Part shown: positions 1 to 9,778 of the stretch, piece by piece | How positions within the stretch are numbered: the stretch's first letter is position 1 | How the letters are laid out: each line of letters starts with the position of its first letter | IMG/VR virus record: IMGVR_UViG_3300046665_000548 | Coordinates: 186,001 to 250,000 of that record | Direction: 5' to 3' (one strand) | Length of the DNA: 64,000 bases | The notes under the pieces: generated by a model | What the model was told of the DNA's origin: nothing | Databases searched by the model: none | The model's input: the letters and a program-made list of their open reading frames with translations, nothing else | Made by a program: the position numbers and the translations under genes

Positions 1-2
1 AG

Positions 3-833
3 CCACTTATCGAGGGGCTAACGACACGAAGCCTTGGCGGAATAGATAAGCTGCTCATGTTTGATTGGTCTTGGGGGCGGATCGTCAACGCGTATAAAGG
101 CGAGCAGCCGTTGCTCGGTACAAACAAACCAACGGTGATAACTGGCGGAAAACCAATCCCGCCATCGTTCATTGAGAGCTTGCTGATCAACGGGGCAGGA
201 GAAGTCAAAGTCGCTTATGGAATGACCGAAGCCCCGCCACCAGTGATAGTGAAGTCTGTGACCTCGGTCGAAGGTTACAGTCGTTCATTTCTGGGCCAAC
301 CCCTGGAAGGCTGGCGTACAATCGTCATGGCAAACGGATCGCTTCTCCTACGAGGAGACGGCATTGGTTTAGACAATCGGGGCAGGTCTTTGAGCGACCC
401 GCTTGGATGGTTTATGACCCCTGACTTGTGCTGGTTGGAGGGCGATGAGATACACATTCGATCCAGGCGAACGATCAATAAACGAAACGGTCAAACCGTA
501 TTCCTTGACGACATTATCGCTGAGATGTTTTTCAAGCCGCTCGATGTGCCTTTTGTAATCTGTCCGCTTCAAACGAAAGAGGACGAAGACCTCAAAATAT
601 GTGCGTTCACGGGTCGCAATCAAATTATGATCGATGGTGGACCCACGAACCTGGAAACGATCAACTCGATAATTCGCTCCACCATGATACCCGAGTACCA
701 GATCGACCATCTGTTTCTGATGGATGAGATACCCGATAACGGTCTAAAGCCAGATCACACAAAGCTACGAAAGATTGCGCTTCAGACCATTGCGGAACAG
801 GGAGAAAAAGGGGAATATCTGGTGAAGATTTAA
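3..833 (+). CDS. Adenylate-forming (ANL/AMP-binding family) enzyme, C-terminal part; 5' end outside window
   Basis: Frame is open from the window edge. It has a YGMTEA motif, GRSLSD..GWFMTPD (A7-like) and a C-terminal KPDHTKLR (A10 Lys-like). Confidence 0.55.
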   Translation, partial: PLIEGLTTRSLGGIDKLLMFDWSWGRIVNAYKGEQPLLGTNKPTVITGGKPIPPSFIESLLINGAGEVKVAYGMTEAPPPVIVKSVTSVEGYSRSFLGQPLEGWRTIVMANGSLLLRGDGIGLDNRGRSLSDPLGWFMTPDLCWLEGDEIHIRSRRTINKRNGQTVFLDDIIAEMFFKPLDVPFVICPLQTKEDEDLKICAFTGRNQIMIDGGPTNLETINSIIRSTMIPEYQIDHLFLMDEIPDNGLKPDHTKLRKIALQTIAEQGEKGEYLVKI

Positions 834-847
834 CGCCGGGGATTTAA

Positions 848-1135
848 ATGACTCTCAGTGAGATGGAAACACTCTTCGAGAAACACGACGGGGAATACGG
901 CAAATACGACCGTGTGATACCTAAGGCCAGCGGAAGGCCCGATCTCGATGCTTTCATACTCTTGAACACGCTCTGCCCCGGTAGTGGCGACATTATTTCA
1001 GCGGCAGAGCACGACGAATTCTGGATAAGCGTTGACCCTGCCGATTTCGCCAAGGTTGCCGACGAGGGTCACATCCTTACGCTAATCCGCTGCGGCGTCT
1101 TCTTGATAGATGATGGTTTTAAGATGAATGCCTAG
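848..1135 (+). CDS. Hypothetical phage protein
   Basis: 95-aa ORF in the same orientation as the preceding gene. Confidence 0.6.
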   Translation: MTLSEMETLFEKHDGEYGKYDRVIPKASGRPDLDAFILLNTLCPGSGDIISAAEHDEFWISVDPADFAKVADEGHILTLIRCGVFLIDDGFKMNA

Positions 1136-2012
1136 CGGCAGAGTCCATCGCAGTAAGCTGGGCCTGTTCACGTCGTTGGTCAGGTACGGTGCGCTGGAGT
1201 TCTGGATTGAAGATCACGATTTCCATCGATTCTTTCTCATCTGCATATTGGTAGACATCGTTGGTGGAAGTAAACACCACAAAATCGTACTTTCCGAACA
1301 CCGCATCGCTAATCTTCGGAAGAACGTCTTCGTAAGCTTCACCGATCTGCTCACCAAAAATAATTTGTATCAGAGCGGCGCTCTCATAAAGACCCTCGTA
1401 TGGGCTCATGCGTGCGAGAAGCTGGAAAAGTTGGATACGAAACTGGCTGATCTTGCGGCCCTTCTCGTAATCGCGATCCTTGGGGCCAAACTTTACTTTG
1501 TTCTTAAGCTCTGCCAGGAGCGCGGCATCATCGAAGCGAGTCGCGTTCTGTCGGACAGTCTGCTCCATTTGTGGGGACCAGTCGCTGCGAGATTTTTGAA
1601 GGCATGTGATGAGTGCGTTCAGCACATCATCACGAGACATCTTCTTGTTTGCCGTGGAAACGAGCGGCGATCCGTTGTCCCAATGATCGTAGTTCTCACC
1701 GCATCGCTTGAACGCGGCTTTCAAAGCGCGAAGAACTAGGCTGAAACCGGTGTTCTTCCACGAGGCGTCATTGATGCGCTTATATCGGCAGCCCTGGGGG
1801 ATAACAACGCGAAACACGTTCGGGCCAAACTGAGCCGCAAAGCGTGGATTGTTTGTCGCATACATTCCGTTACCGAGGGGATTCCAATACTGCTCGCCTT
1901 TGTCGGCCGCGTGCGGGTTGAACTTATCAAAGGCAGCACTCTTCGTGCCGTGATAAAAAACCCACTCTCTCTTATTGACCTCTTCGTCAATGACAATCTC
2001 GGAATAGCGCAT
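1119..2012 (-). CDS. ADP-ribosyltransferase-fold (YHGT...GxGxYxT) protein, putative capsid-packaged effector
   Basis: FYHGTKSAAFDKFN...LGNGMYATNNPRFAAQFG pattern and a late acidic EIVIFNPE strand; TAAATA 5 nt upstream of the ATG. Confidence 0.55.
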   Translation of the reverse strand: MRYSEIVIDEEVNKREWVFYHGTKSAAFDKFNPHAADKGEQYWNPLGNGMYATNNPRFAAQFGPNVFRVVIPQGCRYKRINDASWKNTGFSLVLRALKAAFKRCGENYDHWDNGSPLVSTANKKMSRDDVLNALITCLQKSRSDWSPQMEQTVRQNATRFDDAALLAELKNKVKFGPKDRDYEKGRKISQFRIQLFQLLARMSPYEGLYESAALIQIIFGEQIGEAYEDVLPKISDAVFGKYDFVVFTSTNDVYQYADEKESMEIVIFNPELQRTVPDQRREQAQLTAMDSAARHSS

Positions 2013-2020
2013 AGTCTTAT

Positions 2021-2428
2021 TTACTTCGGTTCTCTAAACATTTCTTCTGTAAATTCGAGCATATCATCGGGGTCTGGGTTAGGTAGAAACTTGAAGCCGT
2101 ACTTACCGTACCATTTTTCTAGAGAGTCTTGGTCAGGTGCGGTGGCAAATCTGGGATCATCGTCGTGATCGTATGATGATCTAGGAAGCAGAGATAACCT
2201 AATACCAAGTTCGTCCGCTAGACCGGTGAGAAGGCTGATCGCCTGCGTACCAGCGCCTTTTCCAAATTGATTTCCTGTCTTTACTTCCAACACAGTGATT
2301 TCGACATCTCGATCACTCTTTGGCAAAAGGCCGACATCCAGTTTGTTGAGCAAACCCAATTTGCTCAATCGCTCTCGCGCAATGGAAACATAACGACTGG
2401 CCTTCGACGCAACCTCGAAAATCTTCAT
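2021..2428 (-). CDS. GNAT-family acetyltransferase
   Basis: QFGKGAGTQAI (motif A, Q/RxxGxG) and LEKWYGKYGF (motif B); TAAATA 5 nt upstream. Confidence 0.65.
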   Translation of the reverse strand: MKIFEVASKASRYVSIARERLSKLGLLNKLDVGLLPKSDRDVEITVLEVKTGNQFGKGAGTQAISLLTGLADELGIRLSLLPRSSYDHDDDPRFATAPDQDSLEKWYGKYGFKFLPNPDPDDMLEFTEEMFREPK

Positions 2429-2433
2429 ATCGA

Positions 2434-2450
2434 TATTTAGCGGCTAAATA
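2434..2450. promoter_or_regulatory. Divergent pair of T4-like late promoters (TATTTAG-CGG-CTAAATA)
   Basis: Palindromic TAAATA boxes lie 5 and 6 nt from the two divergent ATGs (2428 and 2457). Confidence 0.7.
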
Positions 2451-2456
2451 ACCTTC

Positions 2457-2843
2457 ATGCGTTTGGATGAAATGTTTTTGCCAGAAGAAGGCCGTATCGT
2501 TAAGGGCGTCAACACGACCTGCGATGTCGGCCCTAACGAGATCGCCATTCAATCATCAAAATTCCGGCTCGGCGTAACCAAGAACGGCATTCCAATTCGC
2601 GTGTTCAATAAAACGCATCCTCGCGACATGCTAGTCAGCGAAGCTACGCTCCAGACCGAGGCGCTGGACATCACTACCCTGCATGACACGGCTACTCATA
2701 TCTTGGCGTTGATAAAGCAAGGCTGGACAGTCTCTGATGCAGTGCACGACGTGATGCAAGGGCTAAAGGGTAACTTCCCTAAAATGAAGGACCTGATCAC
2801 TGTCCTTCGTGGAATGGGCGTGATGGTGTCCAAGAGGAATTAA
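2457..2843 (+). CDS. Hypothetical late protein
   Basis: 128-aa ORF starting MRLDEMF, directly behind TAAATA. Confidence 0.65.
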   Translation: MRLDEMFLPEEGRIVKGVNTTCDVGPNEIAIQSSKFRLGVTKNGIPIRVFNKTHPRDMLVSEATLQTEALDITTLHDTATHILALIKQGWTVSDAVHDVMQGLKGNFPKMKDLITVLRGMGVMVSKRN

Positions 2844-3778
2844 TCCTCGCGTCCTTTACGCACGGCCAAATCGAGCGGGTTATTGCAAGTAGGCCGGGTA
2901 CAGATCACGCCTTCGGTTGGCTTCTCGAAATCTTCGTCTTGGATCGTACCAAGCTTGCCACCGACGCGACACCAGCCTCCCCTAATGGTTCCATCCTGGT
3001 CTACCACAAGCTGATCCACACCGATCCGGCAAGCCATACCCGTGAACGAGTTTCGCTTCTTCATGATGATATCGTACGAGTGATGGAAGGGCTCTATCGT
3101 CCCGTCGTCCTGCTCAATAAAATGGTCTGAGGTTTGGACAGTGGGAGCACTCATTGTGCTTTGAAACTTAGCCATCTGCGCTTCCGAGTAAGGCAGAAGA
3201 TGCTTCCTGGTTGTATGATCCTGGAAAAGTAACTGGATGTCCGTGTACAAATGCGGGTGCCGGGCACGAAATTCGTCTCGATAGGAGAAAATCTCATCGA
3301 AATTGCCGGGCGTTACCGCGAAGGACACCATGAGACCAACAAACTCCTGCTTGAGGAGCTTCGCAACGGCCTCCAGGTGGTCCTGGGACAGCTTACCGTG
3401 ATGATATGTCAGAGTGACGTGGCTGAGGTGCTGAGCGAGGCTCTTCCACCCTGCGAGGTCCAGAGAGCCGTTCGTCTTGATCTCGACAACAAAGCCATAA
3501 GACCGCATGTGTTCGCACAAGGCGGCCAGATCGCTATACTCAGTTGGCTCCCCGCCGACGAGTGAGACGCGGATCACGCGATTTGAATGTATCTTGTGGT
3601 GACGGTCGGCTATCCGATCAACAAAAAGCTTTGCCTTTCGGAGTTCAGGAAACGGATTAGTCCCAGTTCGAAAATGAGAGTGGCAGTAAGAACATCCGAA
3701 ATTGCAGGTATTCCCAAGGTTCCAGTCTACTGTAACCTCGAAAGCCTCTTCTCGTGATTTGGAATAGACACGTTTCAC
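2840..3778 (-). CDS. Radical SAM protein with C-terminal Cys-rich (SPASM/twitch-like) domain
   Basis: CNFGCSYC (CxxxCxxC), SLVGGEPT, and C-terminal CRIG...WC...C..C. The GTG start at 3778 is my estimate. Confidence 0.85.
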   Translation of the reverse strand: MKRVYSKSREEAFEVTVDWNLGNTCNFGCSYCHSHFRTGTNPFPELRKAKLFVDRIADRHHKIHSNRVIRVSLVGGEPTEYSDLAALCEHMRSYGFVVEIKTNGSLDLAGWKSLAQHLSHVTLTYHHGKLSQDHLEAVAKLLKQEFVGLMVSFAVTPGNFDEIFSYRDEFRARHPHLYTDIQLLFQDHTTRKHLLPYSEAQMAKFQSTMSAPTVQTSDHFIEQDDGTIEPFHHSYDIIMKKRNSFTGMACRIGVDQLVVDQDGTIRGGWCRVGGKLGTIQDEDFEKPTEGVICTRPTCNNPLDLAVRKGRED

Positions 3779-3791
3779 ATGTCTATTTACG

Positions 3792-4247
3792 TCAGGCTGC
3801 CAGAATATACTTACCGTAGAGCCCGACGAAATCCTTCCAGTTATGGACGGCTTTGGGGCTGAACACGACACGGTGAGTATTGAGGATTTCTCGCATGACA
3901 ACCACCGGAACCAATGCTTCGGGGGTGAAATGCAAGCGATCCAGGCCGAGTCTATCCGGGCCTTCGGAAAAAACAGCATGAATGCCCTGTATCATCAGGT
4001 CGTCACAGTCCATATCAACATCCATTCCGGAATACTGATCTAGAAGATACCTGATAAGTTCACAGATTTTACTGTTAAGAATCTGCTTTTGTTCTTCGGC
4101 TTTGCCGTGATCTTTGAATGCATGCCACGCTACGAGCACATCATTTGCTCGCGTCCGCGCCGTTTCATAGCCTATTTCAATGCTCACGGGCTCTAGCCCT
4201 CCCGCCAGACGCGGGCCGCATGTTCCATTGTGCATACCATAGTGCAT
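3792..4247 (-). CDS. Hypothetical protein (start uncertain)
   Basis: 151-aa ORF co-oriented with its neighbours. Confidence 0.5.
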   Translation of the reverse strand: MHYGMHNGTCGPRLAGGLEPVSIEIGYETARTRANDVLVAWHAFKDHGKAEEQKQILNSKICELIRYLLDQYSGMDVDMDCDDLMIQGIHAVFSEGPDRLGLDRLHFTPEALVPVVVMREILNTHRVVFSPKAVHNWKDFVGLYGKYILAA

Positions 4248-4376
4248 TCGTCAAGCCTAATGAGTCCAATTTTTCTATCCGACAACAACTCCTATATTCC
4301 GACATCGTTCCGCCAAATAGTAAAAAAGCCTCCGGGTTTCCCCGAAGGCTCTATATGGGGGACAAGTCAGAGCCGA

Positions 4377-5084
4377 TCAGCGTCCTGCCGTCGTCGCGCG
4401 ACGAACGACCGCTGGGGCCTGCCGGACGACCTGCACATTAGGTTCGAACGACGCAACGCCATCGTTACGAGCAGCACGCTGGCGCTGACGCTCCTGGGAC
4501 TCCTCGACCGGCCGCATGATGGCCTTGGTGAAAGCCGAAAACTCGCCGGTTCGATGATCCGCGTTCAAGTTCACGAACTTGTCTGCCTGACGACGGAGTT
4601 CATCGGCAATCATCGGAGACTGAACCTGACCGCCAGAGAGCGCCGAGACGACGGTGACCCGACGACCTTTGCGCTGGATGGCATCGACCAGAGACCGGAA
4701 ATCACCGTCGCCCGTGTAGAGAATGATCTCGTCCAGGTGAGGCGCGAGTTCGAGCGCGTCGATGGCAAGCTCGATGTCCATGTTGCCCTTGAGCTTGCGA
4801 CGACCCATGGAATCGGTGAATTCCTTGGTCGGCTTGGTCACAACGCTGTAGCCGTTGTAGTCGAGCCAGTCGATCAGAGGGCGAATAGATGCATATTCAT
4901 CATCTTCGCTCAGAGCCGTGTAGTAAAACACGCGAACGAGATTGCACTCTGCTTCGTAAAGACTACGCATTTTCTTGTAGTCGATGTCGAAGCCGCATGC
5001 CTTTGTGGTGGCGTAGAGATTGGCTCCGTCGATGAAAACCGCGACTCGGTCGCTGGGCTTCAATCCTGTAAGGGAAGAGGACAT
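4377..5084 (-). CDS. NYN-domain (LabA/DUF88, PIN-like) nuclease, host-like
   Basis: VFIDGANLY, GNMDIELAIDA, LYTGDGDF and IADELRRQAD motifs; AAGGAA RBS before ATG 5084. Confidence 0.9.
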   Translation of the reverse strand: MSSSLTGLKPSDRVAVFIDGANLYATTKACGFDIDYKKMRSLYEAECNLVRVFYYTALSEDDEYASIRPLIDWLDYNGYSVVTKPTKEFTDSMGRRKLKGNMDIELAIDALELAPHLDEIILYTGDGDFRSLVDAIQRKGRRVTVVSALSGGQVQSPMIADELRRQADKFVNLNADHRTGEFSAFTKAIMRPVEESQERQRQRAARNDGVASFEPNVQVVRQAPAVVRRATTAGR

Positions 5085-5317
5085 CGCTATTCCTTTTGGT
5101 CTAAAAGGTCTCACTTCGAAAAGCTACTCGTAGTTAAAATAAGCAGCGGGCTAAGGAGGGCCGTGAGACGGTAACTCCCCTAAGCTCCAGTGACTGAGTT
5201 TTCTCACAGGTCCCGAGAATGGTCAAGCCTAACTTCCAAACTAAATGCCGAAAAAATTAGGTTTGCCGATCACGATAGCGTATTCTGGATTTTAGCCTTA
5301 TTTGGTAACACCCTGAA

Positions 5318-5974
5318 ATGTATGACGTTTTCTTTCTAAGCTATGATGAACCGATGGCCACAAGCCACTGGAATATGATCAAACGCAACGTTCCGACTGC
5401 GCAATCTGTCGCAGGAATAGATGGTATTCACGAAGCGCATTTACAATGTGCAAAGCTTTGTAAAACATCACATTTTTTCGTTATTGATGCAGACAACGAA
5501 GTCCTTTCGTATGACTTTGGGTTCAAAATCCCCCGATGGGATTTGGATTTTGTGCATCTTTGGTACGCAAAAAATCCCCTCAATGGGCTCGAATACGGCT
5601 GGGGAGGAGTGAAACTGTTTCCAAAGCGGAAGGTCCTGGAGATGTCCTCCGGTTCCCTCGATATGACGACTAGCTTTTCTCTAAAGGTAATTCCGGAAGT
5701 TAAATCCCGAACCCATTTCAATTATGCCCCATTGGAAACCTGGAGATCGGCCTTCCGAGAATGCGTAAAGCTCTCGCTTTCCTCTGATCCGGAGGCGGCG
5801 GTGCGTCTGGAAACCTGGAAGACCAAGGCGGAGGGTCCCTATAGCTGGGAATGCCTAGGCGGAGCAGAAGCGGGATCGCAATACGCTATCGCCAATCAAA
5901 CCGACCCTGACGCCCTTCGAAAGATCAACGATTTTAAATGGCTTTCCGCCCAATTCGAGGAGTGGAAGCGATGA
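5318..5974 (+). CDS. GT-A-like glycosyltransferase paralog 1
   Basis: DVFFLSYDEP, GIHEAH, DADN (DxD), NPLNGLEYGWGGVKLF, SAFRECVKL. Confidence 0.6.
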   Translation: MYDVFFLSYDEPMATSHWNMIKRNVPTAQSVAGIDGIHEAHLQCAKLCKTSHFFVIDADNEVLSYDFGFKIPRWDLDFVHLWYAKNPLNGLEYGWGGVKLFPKRKVLEMSSGSLDMTTSFSLKVIPEVKSRTHFNYAPLETWRSAFRECVKLSLSSDPEAAVRLETWKTKAEGPYSWECLGGAEAGSQYAIANQTDPDALRKINDFKWLSAQFEEWKR

Positions 5975-6885
5975 AGCTGAGACTGCGCGACCTAGATGTT
6001 TTCTACATTTCATATGACGAGCCGGATTGCGATTTCACGCATCGCGAACTTGTTGAGCGAACTGGTAAGCAGGTGAAGCGGGTTCACGGCGTAAAGGGCT
6101 TCCATGCCGCTCATCGCAGATGCGCGGAGCTTAGCGAGACCAAGAGATTCGTCACCATTGATGGGGACAACATCGTGATGGACGACCTCTTCGATCAAGT
6201 GATTGATATCTCGCAAGGGGCCGACCTTGTGTTCAGCTTTCGAGCCCAAAACATTATCAACGGTCTCGAATACGGTAATGGCGGTGTCAAAGTGTGGCCT
6301 CGTGGATTAGTTCTCCAGGTGCCCACTCACGAACAGGGCTCGAACCCTAACGAGAACGATTTTTGCTGGCGATACCGATATATGCAAGTCGATCATCTCG
6401 GCTCCCAAGTGCACTGCAATTATAGTCCATATCAGGCATTTCGTGCCGGTTATCGCGAGGCGATCAAGCTCAGTCTGATTGAGGGTAAGAAACTCGCAAC
6501 GTGGAAAGCTACAGAGGCAGTCATAAACAAATGGAATTTGTCTCGTCTAAAAACTTGGTTGAGCACTGGGGCGGAAATTCAGAACGGGCTTTGGGCTATT
6601 CTTGGTGCGCGGCGAGGCTTCTACGATCTCTGGAATAATCAAGTTCAATTACAAGACATCAACGATTACGACTACATGAACATGTACTTCCATGCGACCG
6701 GATACAAAGATGAAGATGTCGAAAATAACATTATCGATATGTTTGACCCATTGTATACTATTGGAATGTACACTCGTTTACTCTCTCCAAAACTGAGTGT
6801 TTGGTTCAAGGACGTTTACGTGAATGCTCCTCGCTCCGGAATCATGAACCCTGTAGTTCCACCGGTAGAGTTCGATGATGTTTGA
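5971..6885 (+). CDS. GT-A-like glycosyltransferase paralog 2
   Basis: DVFYISYDEP, GFHAAH, DGDN, NGLEYGNGGVKVW, QAFRAGYRE; ATGA overlap with paralog 1 and GAGGAG RBS. Confidence 0.6.
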   Translation: MKLRLRDLDVFYISYDEPDCDFTHRELVERTGKQVKRVHGVKGFHAAHRRCAELSETKRFVTIDGDNIVMDDLFDQVIDISQGADLVFSFRAQNIINGLEYGNGGVKVWPRGLVLQVPTHEQGSNPNENDFCWRYRYMQVDHLGSQVHCNYSPYQAFRAGYREAIKLSLIEGKKLATWKATEAVINKWNLSRLKTWLSTGAEIQNGLWAILGARRGFYDLWNNQVQLQDINDYDYMNMYFHATGYKDEDVENNIIDMFDPLYTIGMYTRLLSPKLSVWFKDVYVNAPRSGIMNPVVPPVEFDDV

Positions 6886-7573
6886 TGTGTTTTTCATCTC
6901 CTACTATGAGAAAAATGCCAAAGAAAATCTGGAACGTTTGAGAGAGTTTGCTCCTCAGGCGAAGCACATTGAAAGCGTCAGAGGTATTCACGCTGCTCAC
7001 GAACGAGCGGCCCGACAAGCCACCACAGAACATTTCTTCACCGTGGATGCCGACAACTGGGTGCTCGACGGCTTCTCTTTTAACATCGATTTCACGCCGA
7101 TGAAAGAAGCAGTGTACGTTTGGCGTTGCCGAAATCCAGTGAACCAGTTGGTTTATGGATATGGAGCTATCAAGCTTTTCGACACAAACCAGATGAGGAA
7201 GATTGACCATGCGAGCGTAGACATGACCTCTTCTGCCAACCGCAACTACCACATAGTAGATGTCCTGGCGTCGGAAACACGTTTCAATATTTCGCAATTC
7301 GATGCGTGGCGTTCGGCCTTCAGAGAAACATGTAAGCTGGCGAGTGGTGCAATTGCCAATCAATCACCCGAGACCGTAAAGCGTCTAGATGCGTGGTGCT
7401 CGCATGGTCTTTGTGAGAACTTTGGGACTTGGGCTTTGGACGGAGCACGAGAAGGCCGAGAGTATGGTATCCTTCATGCCGGAAACGCAGAAGCACTGGC
7501 GAAAATAAACGATTTTGGATGGGTTAGGTCTCGTTACTACGCATTCTGCCAAACGTACCATCTAGAAGCATGA
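6875..7573 (+). CDS. GT-A-like glycosyltransferase paralog 3
   Basis: DVFFISYYE, GIHAAH, DADN, NQLVYGYGAIKLF, SAFRETCKL. Confidence 0.6.
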   Translation: MMFDVFFISYYEKNAKENLERLREFAPQAKHIESVRGIHAAHERAARQATTEHFFTVDADNWVLDGFSFNIDFTPMKEAVYVWRCRNPVNQLVYGYGAIKLFDTNQMRKIDHASVDMTSSANRNYHIVDVLASETRFNISQFDAWRSAFRETCKLASGAIANQSPETVKRLDAWCSHGLCENFGTWALDGAREGREYGILHAGNAEALAKINDFGWVRSRYYAFCQTYHLEA

Positions 7574-8220
7574 GAACTGCCAACGACGATCTCGCTCTGA
7601 TGCTGACCGATCTACAGCGCGCCGAACACAAGTTCCCTGGCTCGAATTGGAAAGACGCGCTCTCCTACGGTCAGCTTGCCAGTAAGACGTGGCTGATTGA
7701 AGAGCTAAGCGCGATTCGGCCCCAACTGGGTAATGTTTTCGTATTGGGTGGATGGGTAGGAACTCTCTCGATGCTCATGTTTTACGACGAGCGTCTTGAG
7801 ATCGAACGCATCCGTAGCTTCGATTTGGACCCCGCGTGTGAGAACGCGGCAGATATGTTGAACATCAGCCATCACTCGCGCTTCAAAGCGATCACGGCCA
7901 ATATTCAGACACTCGCCTTCGATCCATGTAAATTTGTCGCTCGATACGCAGACGGAACGATAGTTGAGCACGAAGAGACTCCGGATACGATCATCAACAC
8001 TTCCGGTGATCACATGGATACATCGTGGATTGAAAAAGTCCCATCCGGGAAGATGGTAGTCATCCAGAACAACAACTACGTAGAGTGCGACGAAACACAT
8101 ACTCATACAGTGACTAATCTGGACGAAATGGTATCTACACTACCGCTAAGCCGGATCATCTATCAAGGTGAGATGGTTTTCCCCCAGTATACGAGATATA
8201 TGGCAATAGGAATTCGATAA
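7570..8220 (+). CDS. Class I SAM-dependent methyltransferase
   Basis: VFVLGGWVG (motif I), IRSFDLDP (motif II), IINTSGDH; ATGA-coupled to the GT genes. Confidence 0.75.
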   Translation: MRTANDDLALMLTDLQRAEHKFPGSNWKDALSYGQLASKTWLIEELSAIRPQLGNVFVLGGWVGTLSMLMFYDERLEIERIRSFDLDPACENAADMLNISHHSRFKAITANIQTLAFDPCKFVARYADGTIVEHEETPDTIINTSGDHMDTSWIEKVPSGKMVVIQNNNYVECDETHTHTVTNLDEMVSTLPLSRIIYQGEMVFPQYTRYMAIGIR

Positions 8221-8256
8221 CAATACTATCTAATTTGTATTTTTATTGAAGGATTA

Positions 8257-8691
8257 TTGATGGTTGATACCACCATCTACCTACTTCCATATGCGCTCAT
8301 GACTGGAGTAGCTTGGCTGGCTTTCTATTGCGGTTATCGGATTGAGAAAAAGCCAAAGAACAAAGACGACGAGATCACTGCCGCTCCGGGTAATTGCTAT
8401 GCTGGTTATTTCGAGCAGTTGAAGGCGTTGAAGGCCAAGGACAGCCGTGAGATCGCTCTCTACACTCAGAGAGGTCAGTGGTACGACATGAATCAGGTTC
8501 TCACTATGGGCCTTGATATCGGTCGTGAGCTTACCGAACTGGGAATTCCTCTCCCGGAAGTCTCCCTATGGGATGACGGTAGACGCTTTCGATGGGTGTT
8601 CGAGGATGAAAAATCCGCATTCACCTTCAAGATGAAATTCTCAAGCGAGATCGTTGATCCGCCATATGAGGGATTCGTGACGGGGGAGTGA
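8257..8691 (+). CDS. Hypothetical protein with N-terminal TM helix and C-terminal F-x-x-E-x-x-A-x-x-F-K-(L/M) motif
   Basis: Hydrophobic residues 8-26; C-terminal WVFEDEKSAFTFKMKF. Confidence 0.6.
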   Translation: MMVDTTIYLLPYALMTGVAWLAFYCGYRIEKKPKNKDDEITAAPGNCYAGYFEQLKALKAKDSREIALYTQRGQWYDMNQVLTMGLDIGRELTELGIPLPEVSLWDDGRRFRWVFEDEKSAFTFKMKFSSEIVDPPYEGFVTGE

Positions 8692-8708
8692 GCCCCGTCA
8701 CGAATGTT

Positions 8709-9104
8709 TCAGTGTGCTTGCCGGATGTACGAGAATTCAAGCGTGTCGAGGAACGTCGAGTAAACCTGACAATCAGGGCCTACGCGGGGAGCCATACCCT
8801 GCATCACCACCCGAGTAGAGCCGGTGACGATTGGACCAGCCACGCGATATGGCGTCGGGCCGCAATCGCGTGAGAAAATGAACGCAGTTCCGACATACTG
8901 CGATCCTACAACTTGGCCTCGAAATACGATGTCACCAGACCCGGCTCCGGCAGCACGCATTCCGGTACGAGGTACCTCGTAGACGAACGCACGCTGGTTT
9001 CCGTCTGCGAGAAGCCGCATGATGGAGCCATTGTGGTCCCATAGTGAATCTGCATTGGCTGGAAACGCAGCAAGTGATAGAGCAATAGCAATTAGGTATT
9101 TCAT
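8709..9104 (-). CDS. Exported protein (signal peptide), alphaproteobacterial SLWDHNGS-type domain
   Basis: MKYLIAIALSLAAFPANA signal peptide; two Cys. Confidence 0.7.
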   Translation of the reverse strand: MKYLIAIALSLAAFPANADSLWDHNGSIMRLLADGNQRAFVYEVPRTGMRAAGAGSGDIVFRGQVVGSQYVGTAFIFSRDCGPTPYRVAGPIVTGSTRVVMQGMAPRVGPDCQVYSTFLDTLEFSYIRQAH

Positions 9105-9115
9105 TTCTTCTCCCG

Positions 9116-9730
9116 TTAACGACGTGCTTGTTGTTGACGCTTTTCTAGGCGCTCGACGGCGACCTGCCTAGCCTTCATGACAAGGCCAGCGATGTAGTCG
9201 TTGGCCTGCGCGCGGGTGTATCCCTGACGTTCGAGCGCGGCCACGCCGGAAGGCGTATATTGGGCACAACGCGCCAGAACAGCGTCGGGATTGTTCGTCG
9301 TATCCTCTAGGAGTGACCGATCCAGACAGTTGGACCAATCCACCGCCATGGACCCTAGAAGCCCCTTAGGGGACACGGGAGGGGCTGGGGGAGCCTGCTG
9401 GACAACAGGAGGCGGGACAGCAACCACATCCGACTCATATTCGTCATCCAGATACGGCGATGGTGCGCCATACTGCGGGATCATGTTGCGACGCCGCCAA
9501 TTGTCGTAGGTATTCTGCTGGGGTGCCGGATAATATCGCATCGGAGGGCCACCGTAATAGGATGGGCCGCCATAGGGGCGATATTGCACCGGAGCATAGG
9601 CGTTCTGTTGTGCAATCGCTCCCATCACATCCATGAACACGGAGAGGACCATCTGTCCATCTCGCGACCCAGCATTTGCGGGTTGAGCGATAAAGAAGAG
9701 TGCAGTAACAGCCCAGACAAAATTTCGCAT
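9116..9730 (-). CDS. Exported Pro/Tyr-rich hypothetical protein
   Basis: MRNFVWAVTALFFIAQPANA signal peptide; AGGAGG RBS; early promoter upstream. Confidence 0.7.
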   Translation of the reverse strand: MRNFVWAVTALFFIAQPANAGSRDGQMVLSVFMDVMGAIAQQNAYAPVQYRPYGGPSYYGGPPMRYYPAPQQNTYDNWRRRNMIPQYGAPSPYLDDEYESDVVAVPPPVVQQAPPAPPVSPKGLLGSMAVDWSNCLDRSLLEDTTNNPDAVLARCAQYTPSGVAALERQGYTRAQANDYIAGLVMKARQVAVERLEKRQQQARR

Positions 9731-9750
9731 AGGTTCCTCCTGAACTATCC

Positions 9751-9778
9751 AGGATAACCGTTTTTAGCTATTCGTCAA
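9751..9778 (-). promoter_or_regulatory. Early sigma70-type promoter TTGACG-N16-TATCCT (one of six copies)
   Basis: The same TTGACG-N16-TA(G/T)(T/C)(C/T)T layout occurs at 12804-12831, 26042-26069, 32741-32768, 39231-39258 and 40088-40115, all on the minus strand ahead of gene starts. Confidence 0.75.
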
